A DNA stretch of 64,000 nt from positions 69,752,001 through 69,816,000 of the forward strand of contig CM052817.1 of assembly GCA_028534125.1 (NCBI GenBank), given 5' to 3'. This document shows positions 50,735 through 64,000 of the stretch, one piece after another. The notes beneath the pieces were generated by a model. The model made no database searches and was not told the origin of the DNA. It worked only from the letters and a program-made list of their open reading frames with translations. Made by a program: the position numbers and the translations under genes. This DNA is from Lama glama. Its lineage: Eukaryota. How positions within the stretch are numbered: position 1 is the stretch's first letter; each line of letters starts with the position of its first letter.

Positions 50735-51700
50735 AGCAGTATAGTGGCTCAGACTGCAGCAGTCATGAGCCCACCTGCTTAGGTGACACAATCCCAGCCT
50801 GGCTACTTCGCTGTGTGACCATGGACAGGTCACGTAACCTTTATCTCAGTTTCCCCATCCTACTGACATAAGGTTGAGATATGCTCAGCACATTCTAAGT
50901 GCAATGTAAGTGCTTACGTCTAAAGGCTCGGGTATACATTTGTTGCTAGGGATCAGATGAAAGGTGAGACTGACACCATCTTGTCTTATGGAGCTTTCTA
51001 GCTGTAGATTAAAGCAACTGGCCTAACATCAGCCTCAGTTTAATTATTTGTAATCAAGTATCTCCCTCACAGGATTGTTATGGAAATCACACGCAACATG
51101 CCAAGGGAAAATGCTTAATAGTGTGTGATGAATATTAACATTCAACGTGAGCTAATATTGCACAGTAAGACAGGTAGATAATTAAGCAGCCTAAGAGGTG
51201 TACTAACTTACGATAGGAGAAGTTTAGGGTGCTACAGGAGCACCCACTAGGATGTCTAAATTAAGTACTGAAGGAGGAGTTAGCCAGAAAAAGAAAAGGA
51301 AAGGAGTTCCCAGAAGAGGAAGCCAGAGAGCGTCACTGGTTTAAGCAAACTAGAAGTTTAATGTAGTGACGAATGGATGCTGGGAGTGGCAAAATTAACA
51401 AACGGAGTGGTGGGCAGAAATCAAGTCATTAATAGAGCTTTCCAGCTATACTCGGAGTTGACTTCATCCTGAGAAATGGGAGACATGAGAAACCATGTAA
51501 TGGGCTCAAATAGGGGGTGATAAAATCAGAATGGCATTTTAGAAAAAGCCTGCTAGCTGCAGAAGATGGAATGGAATGGAGGAGGCCAAGACTGGAGGCA
51601 GGACACCTGTTGGGAAGCTGCTGTAGGTTCTAAGTGAGGGCTGGAAGGTGATGACCTGAGACTGGGTCATGACAACGGGATGGAGAGACAGGGTGTCCTC
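50735..51700. mobile_element. MIR (plus) and L2 (minus) fragments
   Basis: 'gctgtgtgaccatggacaggtcacgtaacct..ctcagtttccccatc' and 'catttt agaaa..ggccaagactggaggcagga'. Confidence 0.6.
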
Positions 51701-53155
51701 TGCCTTGGTGAGCACTCCATGTCTTCAGTTTGAATCTTCTTCCTTCCTATGTAGATTCCACAGTGACTGTTTCTTTGGCTCACCTCTCACCTACTGCAGT
51801 GAAGGGTATTGTTTGTCCTCCTGAAACTTCCTAAAATGTCCTGCCACAGCAGCAAGCACCAGAGGAGAGTTCACCAGCTTTGCTGCTCCCATAAAGAGAA
51901 CAATTCTTCATCAAAGATTGCTTGAGGCTCTGTATCACTTGTTTTACCCGCTGCCATCTGGAGCTGCCCCCAGCTATGTCATGTGACCGCAGTGCCGCCA
52001 AGATGATTAGGACGGCAGTTTTCCATCTAGCAAGTTAATGTTTACCCCACTGGGAGGAGAAGAGCAAGTACTTCTTCATAAAATAAAATAATGAGTTACA
52101 AACTTCTACACCACCTGACCAGAATGTATCCAATTACTTATAAATAATTCCTTAGAAATGACCCAGGTGTTGGGCAGTGGGGAGGGTAAATTAGCTCTGT
52201 CATGGGAGCCCAACCCTAATCTCTTAATCCACCATGAGAGTTCAATGTGCCTGCCATGACATAGAGGTTGTGGGTTGTGATAAGTGAGCAGTAAATATCT
52301 AGTCAAATAAAGAGGAAATGCCATTTTAGAGGTCATTGGCCTCACTGTGATTCTCCTTGACCATTATGGGATTTGGGTAGGAGGTTAGTTTTATGGTTTG
52401 TTTTTCTTTCTGTTGTCATCTTTGCTCAATACAAGCCCTGATTGGAATAGCCTCAAGCAAAATTGTAAGTAAGGGTGGTGAATTTAAACAGCATTTTTGA
52501 CTTTCCACTGCTGATTGCTTTCCAGCCTTCTGTGCCTTCACCTGATGCTCTCCTGAAAGTAGGGAAATGGATAAACAAATTCACAACAAGACTTTAGTTT
52601 GTGTGTCTTAGTGTAAGGTGAACCCAGGCCCAAAGAAGCAAAGGTGATCTGACTCAGGGGCCTGAGACATTCACTGAAAAACATGAATTTAGGTTCATGA
52701 AGATAACAAGAGGAAGTGCAAGTCAGAACTAGTTCAACTGAGATCAATGTTCAGTCTGAGAGCCATGAACAAGTCTTCGTCTGCTCCTCCCCTCTGGTTA
52801 TGCCCTCTGCAACTTTAACTTTTAACTTCACAAACTGTCCAGCACCCTAACTTCAGATCTTTAACTGCCATACTGTAGCAAGCTCATGGTACTTATACAA
52901 AAAGTCCTTTGGCCAGAAATAGGTTAAGTCATATCACATGGAACTATGCCCACTCCAACATAATAAACTTATAAATCCCTCTCTGAAAACAATGGCCTCA
53001 AACCTACACTTCAAGTTCATGGAAACTTCCATATTTATCCCTTTTCCCAACCTCAGCCCTTCCTAGATTCAGAGCCTCTCTAATCAAACCTGAATTCCAT
53101 TGACTGAACTCTAAATTTATCAGGTTTGTACTTTATGTTAGACATTCTTCTAGAC

Positions 53156-53325
53156 CAGTTCTTCTAATCTTTGGCTGTAGACTGGAATTATTCAGAGACT
53201 TTAAAAAGTACTGTACCTGGGAGCCACCCAGAGATTCCAATTTAATTGGTTCATGGTGCAGTTTAGTCATCAGGAATTTCTAAAGCTCTCCAGGTGATTA
53301 TAATCCACAGAGAAGTACCATTGCT
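53156..53325 (+). mobile_element. MER5A-like MITE
   Basis: 'cacccagagattccaatttaattgg..aaagctctccaggtgattataat'. Confidence 0.7.
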
Positions 53326-54609
53326 CCAGGAACTGGAGATTCAGCAATGAGCAAACAAATAAAGCAGAACTCTTATTCTAACAAGTTCAAATTCTGTCCT
53401 TCCTCTTATTACCACCTGCCTAATTCTTTTGCAGCTTATCCTTTCGATGGCACTTGCTCTTCCAGGTCCTAGATGAAGCCACCTAACCACTGTTCCTTCT
53501 CAAGCACCCAGGTGTCCTGGCACAGCTGTGTGAAACACAGAACTCTGCTGATAAGCTTCATTACAAATTTATGAGCTCCATTCTCAGTTTGGCTCTCAAC
53601 ACTGGCAATTTTTTGCTTATCTTTTGCCAGCTTCCTTTCTCATTTCTGATAGCAGATATTTCAAATCTTCATTTTGTTCTTAAAAACCCATATCAAGATC
53701 CTGTCTTTCTCACTCTCAGTGGATAACTCAACTTCTCTTTCACAAAGAAAATAGTAGCCAGCATAGTGAACTCCCTCTTCTACCCTTCCACCTTAACATT
53801 GCGTACCTTTCCTCTCCCTTGTATCTTGAATTTCTCTTTATGGCCATATCCTTCTCTACTGTCTACAAATGTCCTCAAGCATCTGTCTATTAAACCTGAT
53901 TAGAATCAGTCTATTTGCTCTCTCTTCTTTCTTTTATTGACGTATATGTCTTGAAATATTCTTTATATTCAGAGCCTCTACCTCCATTTCTCCACTTCGC
54001 CCTCCTGAATTGCAATTTGACTTCCACTGCTATCATTCTACAGCTAGGCTTTCCAAACTTTTCCATGTTGTGGCAACCAGAGAAAATTGCTGTATTTATT
54101 TAGCATCCTGAGAACAAGAATCAAGGTCACTCTAGCCCTGCCCTGGCCATGTCAGGAACTTAAGTGGCTTAGTTTTCAGCTCACTTGCAATCCTCCATGA
54201 CTCCCCAGGCTACCTTGGCACACCAGGTGGGAGGCTTGGCTCCACTGAAACTACCCTGGCAAAGAACACCAGTGACCTCACTAACAAATGCAGTGTCCGC
54301 TGCTCTGTCCTCATCCATTTTACAGCAGAGTTTATTGATCAGGGAAATTCTTTATTTAAAATGACCACAGTTTGGTTAAGAGAATGTGGAATTGGAGGCC
54401 AGGAAGTAGGTGGAGATGAGGTGAGCAGGCTACTTCCCTTTTGCTGTCTCCTTGATGGAAGCCCAGGCGCTCAGGAGAATCAACAGGCAATGCCTGGGGA
54501 ATCCATGGTCAGACTATGTGGCCACAGAAGGTCATTTGCTACAGGTAAAACACCCCTAGTCTTAACTAAGACGTTGCTAAAATGTGACACTCAAGAGTAA
54601 TTTTTTGTG

Positions 54610-54699
54610 GGGAGGGTACAGCTCAGTGGTAGAGCCTGAGCATGCACAAGGTCCTGGGTTCAATCCCCAGTACCTCCATTAACAACAATAACAAAAAAA
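54610..54699 (+). mobile_element. tRNA-Ala-derived camelid SINE
   Basis: 'gggagggtacagctcagtggtagagc..gtcctgggttcaatccccagtacctcca' plus A tail; degenerate TSD aagag....ttttgtg. Confidence 0.88.
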
Positions 54700-55213
54700 A
54701 AGAGAATCCTTTTGTGTATTACTGTACCCCTAGAATGTTTTCACAAATTAATTAAGATTCAGAGCATGGGTTATCTACATAGTTCTGAGGAGAGGCCATT
54801 TAGGGAATCTTTGCATCACAAACTTTAGGATGATTTTTGTTGGGTGTGGTTTAACTTGGGATTGTCCACAACATCCTTGAGTAAATGCCTCCCTTACCTT
54901 CATGTTGGCTTCATTTTTCTCCCAGTTGTCCCTTACTATAAAGGTAAGGTTTGGCCTGACAAGAGAGCAATTTCTCACCAAATAACAGGGGACAGAATGT
55001 CAACAACTTGGCTACATTTAAGCTGTATAGTAGTTGATATGGTGGGAGGGGGTTTGAGAAGGTGACTCACTAAGTTGAATTCTAAGGTCATTGACCTCTT
55101 CAGTTTGCCCTGTTGTGCCTATTCCCAACTAGGCTGAGGATGCTGGAGTTCACTGCCTTAGAAATACCCTATCATAAACCACCGGCATGGACTCCTAACA
55201 CTCTGCAGGGATT

Positions 55214-55712
55214 TGTGCTGGTTATTCTCTATTTGCCCATCCAGATCCATTCGCACCCATCTCAGCTCTGTTCTTTACCCCTGGACACTGCATCTTTACC
55301 AACGACATCATCGGGGCTTCCTTACCCTTCAGCTTTGGGTTAGGGTCACTTATCAGCAGGCAGTCTGAGGGCGGGAGGAAAGAGAGGTCAGGAACACTGT
55401 TCTTTTCACTCTCCCTGCTCTTGCTACAGTTCTGGGTGGCTACATTCCTCCACCTAAGGCCCCAGCTCCTGTCCAGAAGCCCCTTTTCACAGAGCTGCCT
55501 TTTACCTAGTGCTGGGAACATCTTTCCCTTTCTTCCCCCTTAAGGCAGCTCTCAGGGTGGTCATGACTTCCCAGTATCCTTGGGTGCTTCATCATTTCTT
55601 GTTACATCTTTGTACTGGCCTTTCTGACCACACCCTTTATAAAGTCATTGAAGTCTTTGTAGTTACACTTTTTGGGTATGTCATCTTTTTCCTGCCAAGG
55701 CCCCAGGGCATG
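55214..55712 (+). mobile_element. LTR16C-like ERVL LTR
   Basis: 'tccagatccatt..gagggcgggaggaaagagaggtcagg' and 3' end 'catctttttcctgccaagg'. Confidence 0.7.
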
Positions 55713-56066
55713 TTATGGTTTAGCATTTCGGTGAGTATAATTACAATTGTCATTCTATGTTTTCCTCTTAACTTTTTCTGCTAATTTAGTTACCTACAAC
55801 TTTAATCACCTAGTGTGTTTCAAAGGGTATTATCCTAGGGGTGGAGGGGCAGTGGGAAGCGAGAAGCTGTTGGCACTCGTAGAAACAATTAAAGTGGGTT
55901 CTCAGCAAAATGGCATGTCATCCATGCGTTGGGTTGAAAACCTTTGAAAACAAATGTGAAATAAGGACAATTAAGCTTTAAGTTACTTCCAGTGAAATAT
56001 GACTACATTTTGATCAGTGTAATTGTAATGTGTTTATCTTATTTTCCTAACTGTACTGAGAACACT

Positions 56067-56128
56067 TGGTTTTTTTTAATGGAGGTACTGGGGACTGAAC
56101 CCAGGACCTCTTGCATGCTAAGTATGCA
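56067..56128 (-). mobile_element. 5'-truncated tRNA-Ala-derived camelid SINE
   Basis: Perfect 15-bp TSD tgtactgagaacact at 56052-56066 and 56129-56143; 'ttaatggaggtactggggactgaacccaggacct'. Confidence 0.9.
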
Positions 56129-56194
56129 TGTACTGAGAACACTCTGAAACCAGAGACACAGGCTGTACTTTTGTCTCTCTCTTATAAAACTCAG

Positions 56195-56359
56195 TATTTT
56201 CAATAGTAAATTCTACAGTGCTACATGATCCACAGTTGATTGAATTTGCGGATACGAGGAACTGAGAATATGGAGGGCCAACTATAAATTATTCTTGCAT
56301 TTTCAACTATGCAGAGGGTTGGCTCCCCTAACCCTTGAATTGTTCAAATGTCAACTGTG
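56195..56359 (+). mobile_element. Tigger2-family MITE, 3' part
   Basis: Terminal-inverted-repeat-like 'ttgttcaaatgtcaactg' preceded by 'ggagggccaactata..cccctaaccc'. Confidence 0.7.
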
Positions 56360-58949
56360 TAATGAATGAGACCATATCAGAGGAAGAGAGGGTTAAAAGA
56401 AAGACACGATTAATTTATGAGACCTAGCTAAAAAGGGGCAAGGGCAGGAGAGAATGAACAATGCTAGGTTGGGTGGGTAGGTGGGTGGAGGTGATATAAT
56501 GTCAAGAAATTAAATTTTAAAAAATTGATTTTAAAATTACAAAAGAAAACAGGAAATGTTTTTTATAAACTTTTATAGTTGATTACTTTCTTCTGAATCT
56601 TTGAGAATTTGATATTAAATACTGAATGCAGACTAAGGAGTCATCAAAATTTAAGAGGATGTTGTAAAGATATAAGAAATGAGTTACAGACATGAAAGTA
56701 CTCTGGATTCTTTTCAATAACAACATTAGTATAAAAGCAAGATGTTATTTCATGTTAAATCTATAGATTGCATATATGATACATATTTTAATGGCCACTG
56801 TCTGAAAACATGCCTAAGATTAGAAGGCTTGAAGAAACTAAATCAAAGATGTCCATCTATTACTCATCTTTTATGTCTGTTTATTTCTGATAATATTTAA
56901 CTACTAGAAAGTTGTAAAGATGATTTATATAGTATTTACTACATGTCTGAGGTCATTGACTGAATATTTTCATATAGAAAGCACAACACTGTGTAATTAT
57001 TACCTCCCCTTCACTACAGAAAAGGCTTAGGTAAACAGGCAGACTTTGTACCTTTCTCGTTAGATATTTTAGTTTGAGCTAACGCTGAAAAATCAGGTCT
57101 GCATAAAGTTAGCATGTCCTTCAGCAAATTCATCCTTCTTCACATTTTAAATTAGAGGGGAAAAGGTCTGTTTTTGGAGTAAGGCAATATAATCATATAC
57201 AGTGCCCTGAGAAACTGTATTGGGGGAGGATGTGAGTGTGTGTGTGGGGGGGGTGTGTGTGTACATTCTAATTGGTATACAGCCAGGGAAACAACTGGAG
57301 AGGCAGCCAATGAAGACACTGAGTGTGGCCTGGGAGGCTAGCAGGCTGTCCAGATGTGTCCTACAGGGAATCATTTTCCTGCTATGAGCACCAGTCTGTG
57401 AAGTCCAGCCTTTTGTTTGGTGGGCTTAAAATTCATCTTTGCCAGAATAGCAAGGTGGCTGGCCTTCTAGAGACAGACTCACAAGAAATGAAGTCACAGA
57501 ACACAGTAAACATCAGAATACAACTATTAAGCTTATTAGGGGATTCTCTTCCTCTTGACTAGAATCTAGACCAGTGACTATCAAACAGGGAAGGAGGCTG
57601 GAATGGGATGGTGGGGGATGACCCTCCCTATTGAGAAGTCACCCCAGTTTCTCCGGGACTGTCTAAACCTACTTAAATCTCACTATCCTCCCTTCCCTCC
57701 TCCTTCTTCCCCAACCCCAGGTAACCTTGTAATTCTGAGAGCCCTTCCAGGATGGCACAGTCCCTGATTGAAAATTATGGCTAACATTTCTCTAGGAAGA
57801 GTGTAATCTGCTCAACTATAAATTAAAAAAGTAGAGAATCATAGCCTTAGGCTAAAATTTTCCAAATTTTTCTCAGCATAGGAAACTCAGGCACGCACTT
57901 AAAGCGGTACCTGGAATCCCTCCCCTGAAGATTTATTAAGTCAAGGGTGAGCCCCACACAATGATGATTCTTATGCAACTGGCAAGCTGGGGCAGTGTTG
58001 CTCCAGGCTAATCTATCTGGGAATCAAATCATTGTCATGCAGGCCTCCTTTTTGCTGCTGCTAAATTTTCCAAGGCACCTGTTTCCACTACCCTCCAAGA
58101 GACTCAGAACTATATCCGCCATTTCTCATGTGGTCCCAATACCTACCCCTTTATGGTAGAAGTGAGAGACAAGTGGTAATAACAAAACTATCTCAACATT
58201 AGCCAGTCGCGCATATACAGAGACCCCAGAGGTTAGACCAGCTCTTACTTCTGGTTCAAGTGCTCTATTTCAATCAACCAGATTCCCCCAAATGATAGGT
58301 ACTTGGTACTATTCTCTCTAGCCCAGTGAGTTTACTGCTCCATTCACAGCTGTATAGTATCTTGATTGACTCACGGCTTCCTATCTTGATCAGCAAAGCA
58401 TGGCTCCCTCAACCTCCATCCCTACTGCAACTCTCTCTCTTCTCCAAGAGTGCTCAGTACTTTTAAACCAATTTTCTCCTCCCTGTTCCCCAAATATGGC
58501 CCTGATTTGTTGTTCATTATCAAGTCCATATAAATGTAGGTGGTTAGGAGAAAGTCAGTGATTCTTGGAACCTGAGGGAGGAAAACGGGAGGAACAGCGA
58601 TCCTCGTAGTAGTTTGGCTTCTGAATGGACCAGCTAATATAAAATAAGACCATTGCACTAAGATTAATCTCTTCTTGACGTATCTCTTGAACTTCACTAT
58701 GCCAAATATGTCTGCATTCCAGCCTTGAGTTACATTACACAACTCTACTTTCTATTTACCCTGGCTTTGGCACAGAGTCAGGCTATCAGCTCCAGAAAAG
58801 GTAGGAGTAGGTTTAGGGAGAAAACTGCCCTCACCCCACTCACATGCCTATTCCAGTTTCATACACTTATTTCCATAATACTCTGTGATTTATTTCCCCT
58901 GATCTCCCTGATTCTACCCATCACTCCCTAACCCTTCTCTTATATCCTC

Positions 58950-61228
58950 TGAAATCCCTACTTTTGATCACAGACTCTCCTATATGCTCAATCGCATCTC
59001 TGAATATTCCCTATATTTTTTTGGCCTTAACTGAAATCTGGGCACACACTTTGTCTGCAGCCTGCCAAGGACGTCTGATTTTCTTCTCATACTCTATGTA
59101 CTTGGAGTTGAAAGGTGAAGTCTGTGTCTCTTTGATTTCTAGATCTACTTCTAGATGGAGATTATGCCAGGCTTTTGAGATACGCCCTGCTCCTTTGTGG
59201 CATTCATGTCTTCTAGGCCATTATTTTTCTCTCCTCCTTCCAACTCATCGTTAATTGTTTGGCACCTGATTTACTGTCTTCCCTATCTCTAGTCTGGCCA
59301 TCTGTCTGGGTAACTTCAGCATCCATGAGAATTACTCTTCCAATGCCCCGAACTCTGAAGTGACCTCTTTCTTTTCGCCTTCCTTTCACCTCACTCATCC
59401 ACTCACAGCCACATGCTAGGCCCTACCACTGCCCCAAACTGCTCAGATAAATAGTTCATAAATCTCACCTCCTGATCTCCATGCATCCAAATTCTTCCAT
59501 TTATTGCTCCCAGTTTACATGTTCTGCAATGTCTCTGAGATCTCTAGGCCATGGATCCTTTTACTTTTCCCTTGCCCATCAGTCCTTCCTCCATTTGTTT
59601 GTCTCCCTGACCATCTTTTATTTCCTAGTCCATCATTTCATTGACATGATCCTAGACCATCTCCTTCCTTGGCCTGTCTATTTCACCACTACCCACCATT
59701 CTCTGTGCTGTGCCCAGGAGGCTGAGTGCTGCCAGAGAAAGTCACTCTTGGTATCACTATGGTCCCAACTTCAATTCAGTCTTCAGTGCCATCTGTCACA
59801 TTTACAGAGTTTCTCTAGTTGGTTCATGTTCTTACTCCCCAGGTGGCTACTTCAAACTTTCTGTTCTTTCTAAAACCTCTTCCACTTCCTGTTCTCAGTT
59901 TATGATGTCACTTTGTGGTCAGCAGAATGGACCCCCCAAAAGATGTCCATGCCCTAATCCCTGGAAACTGTGAGTATGTTACATTACATGGCAAAAGGGA
60001 ATTTGCAAATGTAATTAAGACTATGGATGGGCTTTACAATAGAGCATCCTGAATGATCCAGGGGGGCTCAATTTAATCACACGAGTCTTTAAGAACAGAG
60101 AACTCTCTCCAGCTGAGGCAAACAGATGTGGCAGTCGAAGAAGTCAGAAAGCTCCTGATTGTGAGAAGGATTCAACATGGCGTTGCTGGCTCTGGAACAG
60201 ATGCCTCTGCTGCTGACAGCTGGTGGGGAAATAGAAACCTTGGTTCTGCAACTGGAAAGAACTAGATTCTGCTAAGAACCTGAAGGAGTTTGGAAGCATG
60301 TCCGAGCCTGCCGATAAGAGCCCAGCTAGCTGCACCCTGATTTCAGCCTCCTGAAACCTGGAGATGAGAAACCAGCAGACCCGCAGAACTGTGAGCAGAA
60401 AGTTTGTGATCATTTGTTACAGTAACAGTGGAAAACTAATACACCCCTCCTAACTCACAGAAAAATGGAAGCATTGAAAGGAGTGATTTCAACATTCTAC
60501 CAGCAGTCCACACACATAACTGCATCACTCCCATGCTTCTCTTTTTTCCTGTTTCCCTCTTGTTGTATCCAATTATCTGTTCTTTCTCATCTCTCCGGCC
60601 ATTCCTTCCACCTGTATTCTGCCATCTCCCCTTGACTTCTCCTGAGCTATCACTGTTGATCATCCTCCCCATTGTCTCTCTTCTCATCCCTTCTACTGAT
60701 TCCTTCCCACTACCATTCAGCCAGTTGTAGAACATTTTCATCATCCCCCAAAGAAGCCCTGTACTTACTAGTCAGTCCTTACTTCCCACCAACCCTGAAT
60801 TGTATTTTACAAATTTATTCTGGTAACACTTTAGCACCCCTTATAGATCAGCCCTCTAGGAACCCAGCTGCTCCTCCCTCCCACTCAACCAGGATTCATT
60901 CCCATCAGAACATAACCAGACTCCCTCCCATTAAGGCTAACAAAGATCTCTATGTTACCAAGTCCAGTGGATTTTTATATCTTTATTTGACCTGCTCTTT
61001 CAGAAGTATTTGGCATGGATAGCCATTCCACCTTTCTCAAAAAGCCTTTCCTTGTTTTCCTGGATACTACACTCTCCTGGTGTTCTTCCTATTGCTCTAG
61101 TTATGTATTTGCAGCATCATCAGCAGTGTTCTTCTCATCAAACCTATAATATAGGGCTCTCTCTTGGACATCTCTTCTTTTCACTCTGTACTCTCTTTCC
61201 AGACCATCTCATTTTTAACTATGGCTTG
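58950..61228 (+). mobile_element. Long degraded L2 interior, split by MLT1D
   Basis: C/T-rich L2-like motifs 'ccttaactgaaatctgg', 'tgggtaacttcagcatcca' and 'atctttatttgacc..cagaagtatttggca'. Confidence 0.6.
59914..60443 (+). mobile_element. MLT1D-like LTR, full length
   Basis: 'tgtggtcagcagaat..aaagatgtccatgccctaatccctggaa..ttacatggcaaaagggaa' through 'tttgttacag..gaaaactaataca'. Confidence 0.9.
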
Positions 61229-61229
61229 C

Positions 61230-64000
61230 TTTTTTAAATTGAGGTATAATTGATTTATAATATTGTATTAGTCTCAGGTGTACAACATACCGATTCACTA
61301 TTTTTATAGATTATACCCCATATATAGTTATTATAAAATATTGGCTGTGCTGTATATTCCCTGTGCTGTATAATATACCCTTGTTGCTTATTTATTTTAT
61401 ACACAGTAGTTTGTGTCTTTTAATCCCCTATTCCTATCTTGTCCCTCTCCCTCCCTTCTCCCCACTGGTGACCACTAGTTTGTTCTCTGTATCTCTGACA
61501 CTGTTTCTGTTTTGTTATATTCATTAGTTTGCTTTAATTTTAGATTCTACATATAAGTGATAACATAGTATTTGTCTCTCTCTGTCCAACTTGTTTTACT
61601 AAGCATAATACTCTCCATGGCCAGCCATGTTGTAAATGGCTAAAGTTCATTCCTTTTTATAGCTAAGTGGTATCCCATTGTATATGTACATCATATCTTC
61701 TTTATCCCTTTGTCTGTTGATGGACACTTAAGTTGTTTCCATATCTTGGCTATTGCAAATGAGTCTTCTATGAACACTGAGGTGCATGTATCATTTAAAA
61801 TTAATGTTTTCATTTTCTTCAGATATATGTCCAGGAGTGAAATTGCTGGATCATATAGTAGTTCCATTTTTAGTTTTTTAAGAAACCTTCATACTATTTT
61901 CCACAGTGGCTGCACCAATTTACATTCCTACCAACAGTGTCCTTTTTCTCCACATCGTCACCAACGTTTGTTATGTATGATCTTTTTGACCATAGCCATT
62001 CTGAGGTGATATCTTACTGTGGTTTCAATTTGCATTTCTCAAATGATTAGTGATTTTGAGAATTGTTTCATGTGCCTGTTGAGCATATGCATATCTTCTT
62101 CGGAAAAATGTCTGTTCAGGTCTTTTGCCTATTTTTTAATTGGGTTGTTTGTTTTTTTGATATTAAGTACAATGAGCTGCTTAGATATTTTGGATATTAA
62201 CCCCCCAAAATATTTTAAAATATTTTCTCCCATTCAGTAAGTTGTCTTTAGGTTTTGTCAATTGTTTCCTTTGCTGTGCAAAAGCTTTAATGTTAAGTAG
62301 GTCCCATTTGTTTACTTTTGCTTTTGTTTCATTTGCTTTAGGTAGGTGGCAGATCAAAAAAAATATTGCTACCATTTATGAAAAAGAATGTTCTGCCTAT
62401 GTTTTCCTCTAGGCGTTTTGTGGTTCCTGGTCTTACAGTTAGGTCTTTAACCCATTTTGAGTTTATTTTTATATATGCTGTGAGAAAATATTCTAATTTC
62501 ATTCTTTTACATGCAGCTGTCCAGTTTTCCCAGTGTCACTTATTGAAGAAATTCCTTCCTCCATTATATATTTTCCCACCTTTGTCTTAGATTAATTGAC
62601 CGTAAGTGTGTGGATTTCTTTCTGTGCTCTCTATTCTGCTTTATTAGTTTATATGTCTATTTTTGTACCACTACCATACTGCTCTGATTAGTGTACTTTG
62701 TAGTATGGTCTGAAGTCAGGAAGTGTAATTCCTCCAGCTGTTTTTCTTTCTCAAGATTGTTTTGGCTATTCGGGGTTTTTTGTGTTTCCATACAGATTTT
62801 AAGATAATTTGTTCTAGACTTCTGAAAAATGCCATTGGCATTTTGATAGGGGTTGCATTGAATCTGTAGATTGCCTTCGGAGTATTGTCATTTTAACAAA
62901 ATTAATTCTTCCAATCCAACGACACAGTATATCTTTCCATCTGTTTGTGTTATCTTCAGTTTCTTTCATCAGTCTCATAGTTTTCCTAGTACAGGTCTTT
63001 TACATCCTTAGGTAGGCTTATTCCTAGGCATTTCATTCTTTTTGAAGCGATGGTATATGGGATTGTTTCCTTAATTTTTCTTTCTGATAGTTTGCTGTTA
63101 ATGTTAGAAATGCAACAGATTTCTGTATATTAATTTTGTGTCCTGCAGCTTTACTGAATTCATTGATGAGCTCCAGTGGTTTTTTGATGGCTAGTAGTTT
63201 CTTGAGGATTTTCTATGTATAGTATCATGTCATCTGCAAACACTGACAATTTTACTTCTTCCTTTCCAATTTGGATTTCTTTTATGTATTTTTTCTTATC
63301 TGATTGCTGTGACTAGGACTTCCAATACTATGTTGATTAAAATGGCAAGAGTTGTCATTCTTGTCTTGTTCCTGATCTTAGAGGAAATGCTTTCAACATT
63401 TCACCATTGAGTATGATGTTGTCTATTGGCTTATCATATATGGCCTTTATTATGTTGAGGTATGTTCCCTTTATACCCACTTTGTGTAGAGTTTTTATCA
63501 TAAGTGGTTGTAGAATTTTGTCAAAAGCTTTTTCTACATCTATTAAGATGATTATATGATTTTTATTCTTCAGTTTGTTAATGTGGTGTATTGCACTGAT
63601 TGATTTGCAGATCTTGAAAAACGCTTGCATCCCTGGGATAAATCCCAGTTGATCCTAGTGTATGATCCTTTTAATGAATTGTTGGAGTAAGTTTGCTGGT
63701 ATTTTCTTGGGGATTTTTACATCTATATATGTTAGTGATATTGGCCTGTAATTTTCTATTTTTTTTTTGTATCTTTGTCTGCTATCAGGGTGATGCTGGT
63801 CTTATCAAATAAGTTTATATTTATTTATATTATATCATATCTATTTGGTTTAATGTGTCATGTAAGACCAATGTTTCCTTATTGATTTCCTGTCTGGATG
63901 ATCTATCTGTTGATGTAAGTGGGGTGTTAACTTCCCTTCCTATTATTGTGTTGCCGTCCATTTCTCCCTTTATTCCTGTTAATATTTGCTTTATGTATTC
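61230..64000 (-). mobile_element. L1 (3' UTR plus ORF2), non-functional, running off the window end
   Basis: ORF 63355..63630(-) contains [23 protein letters not shown] (L1 RT) and VFADDMI is readable at about 63223-63243; stops and frameshifts are present. Confidence 0.95.

Noticed and set aside
16109..56128. Eight tRNA-like sequences as tRNA-Ala genes
   Set aside because: A tails, TSDs, truncations and stem mismatches identify them as SINE copies.
58422..58742. 106-aa minus-strand ORF
   Set aside because: Non-ATG start, no recognisable domain, and length expected by chance.
63355..63630. Reverse transcriptase ORF as a functional or novel RT system
   Set aside because: Ordinary L1 ORF2 fragment with a stop after TRQE, and the element has an internal deletion.

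Overview
Mammalian genomic DNA: AT-rich, CpG-depleted, with no CpG island. It is very probably from a camelid, because it carries eight tRNA-Ala(AGC)-derived SINEs of the Vic-1 type and camelid/cetartiodactyl-style L1 3' ends. I find no recognisable host protein-coding gene. The only ORFs I can assign are decayed LINE-1 ORF2 fragments. The window is intronic or intergenic and densely layered with repeats: old L1M/L1ME, L2, MIR, MLT1/LTR16/LTR33 solo LTRs, hAT and Tigger MITEs, younger 5'-truncated L1s with clear target-site duplications (TSDs), and several nested insertions. Repeat subfamily names come from my recollection of consensus sequences and need RepeatMasker/Dfam confirmation; boundaries without a TSD are approximate. 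I cannot support a new multi-gene system here. The strongest unusual signal is an old L1 whose 5' UTR is fused directly to the RT 'FADD' motif exactly at an AG acceptor, consistent with an ancient spliced L1 retrocopy (25568-26847). Weaker signals are a DNA-transposon fragment that looks L1-retroposed, two same-orientation CTCF motifs, a minus-strand CCAAT/TATA/donor arrangement, and opposite strand biases of young L1s and SINEs.
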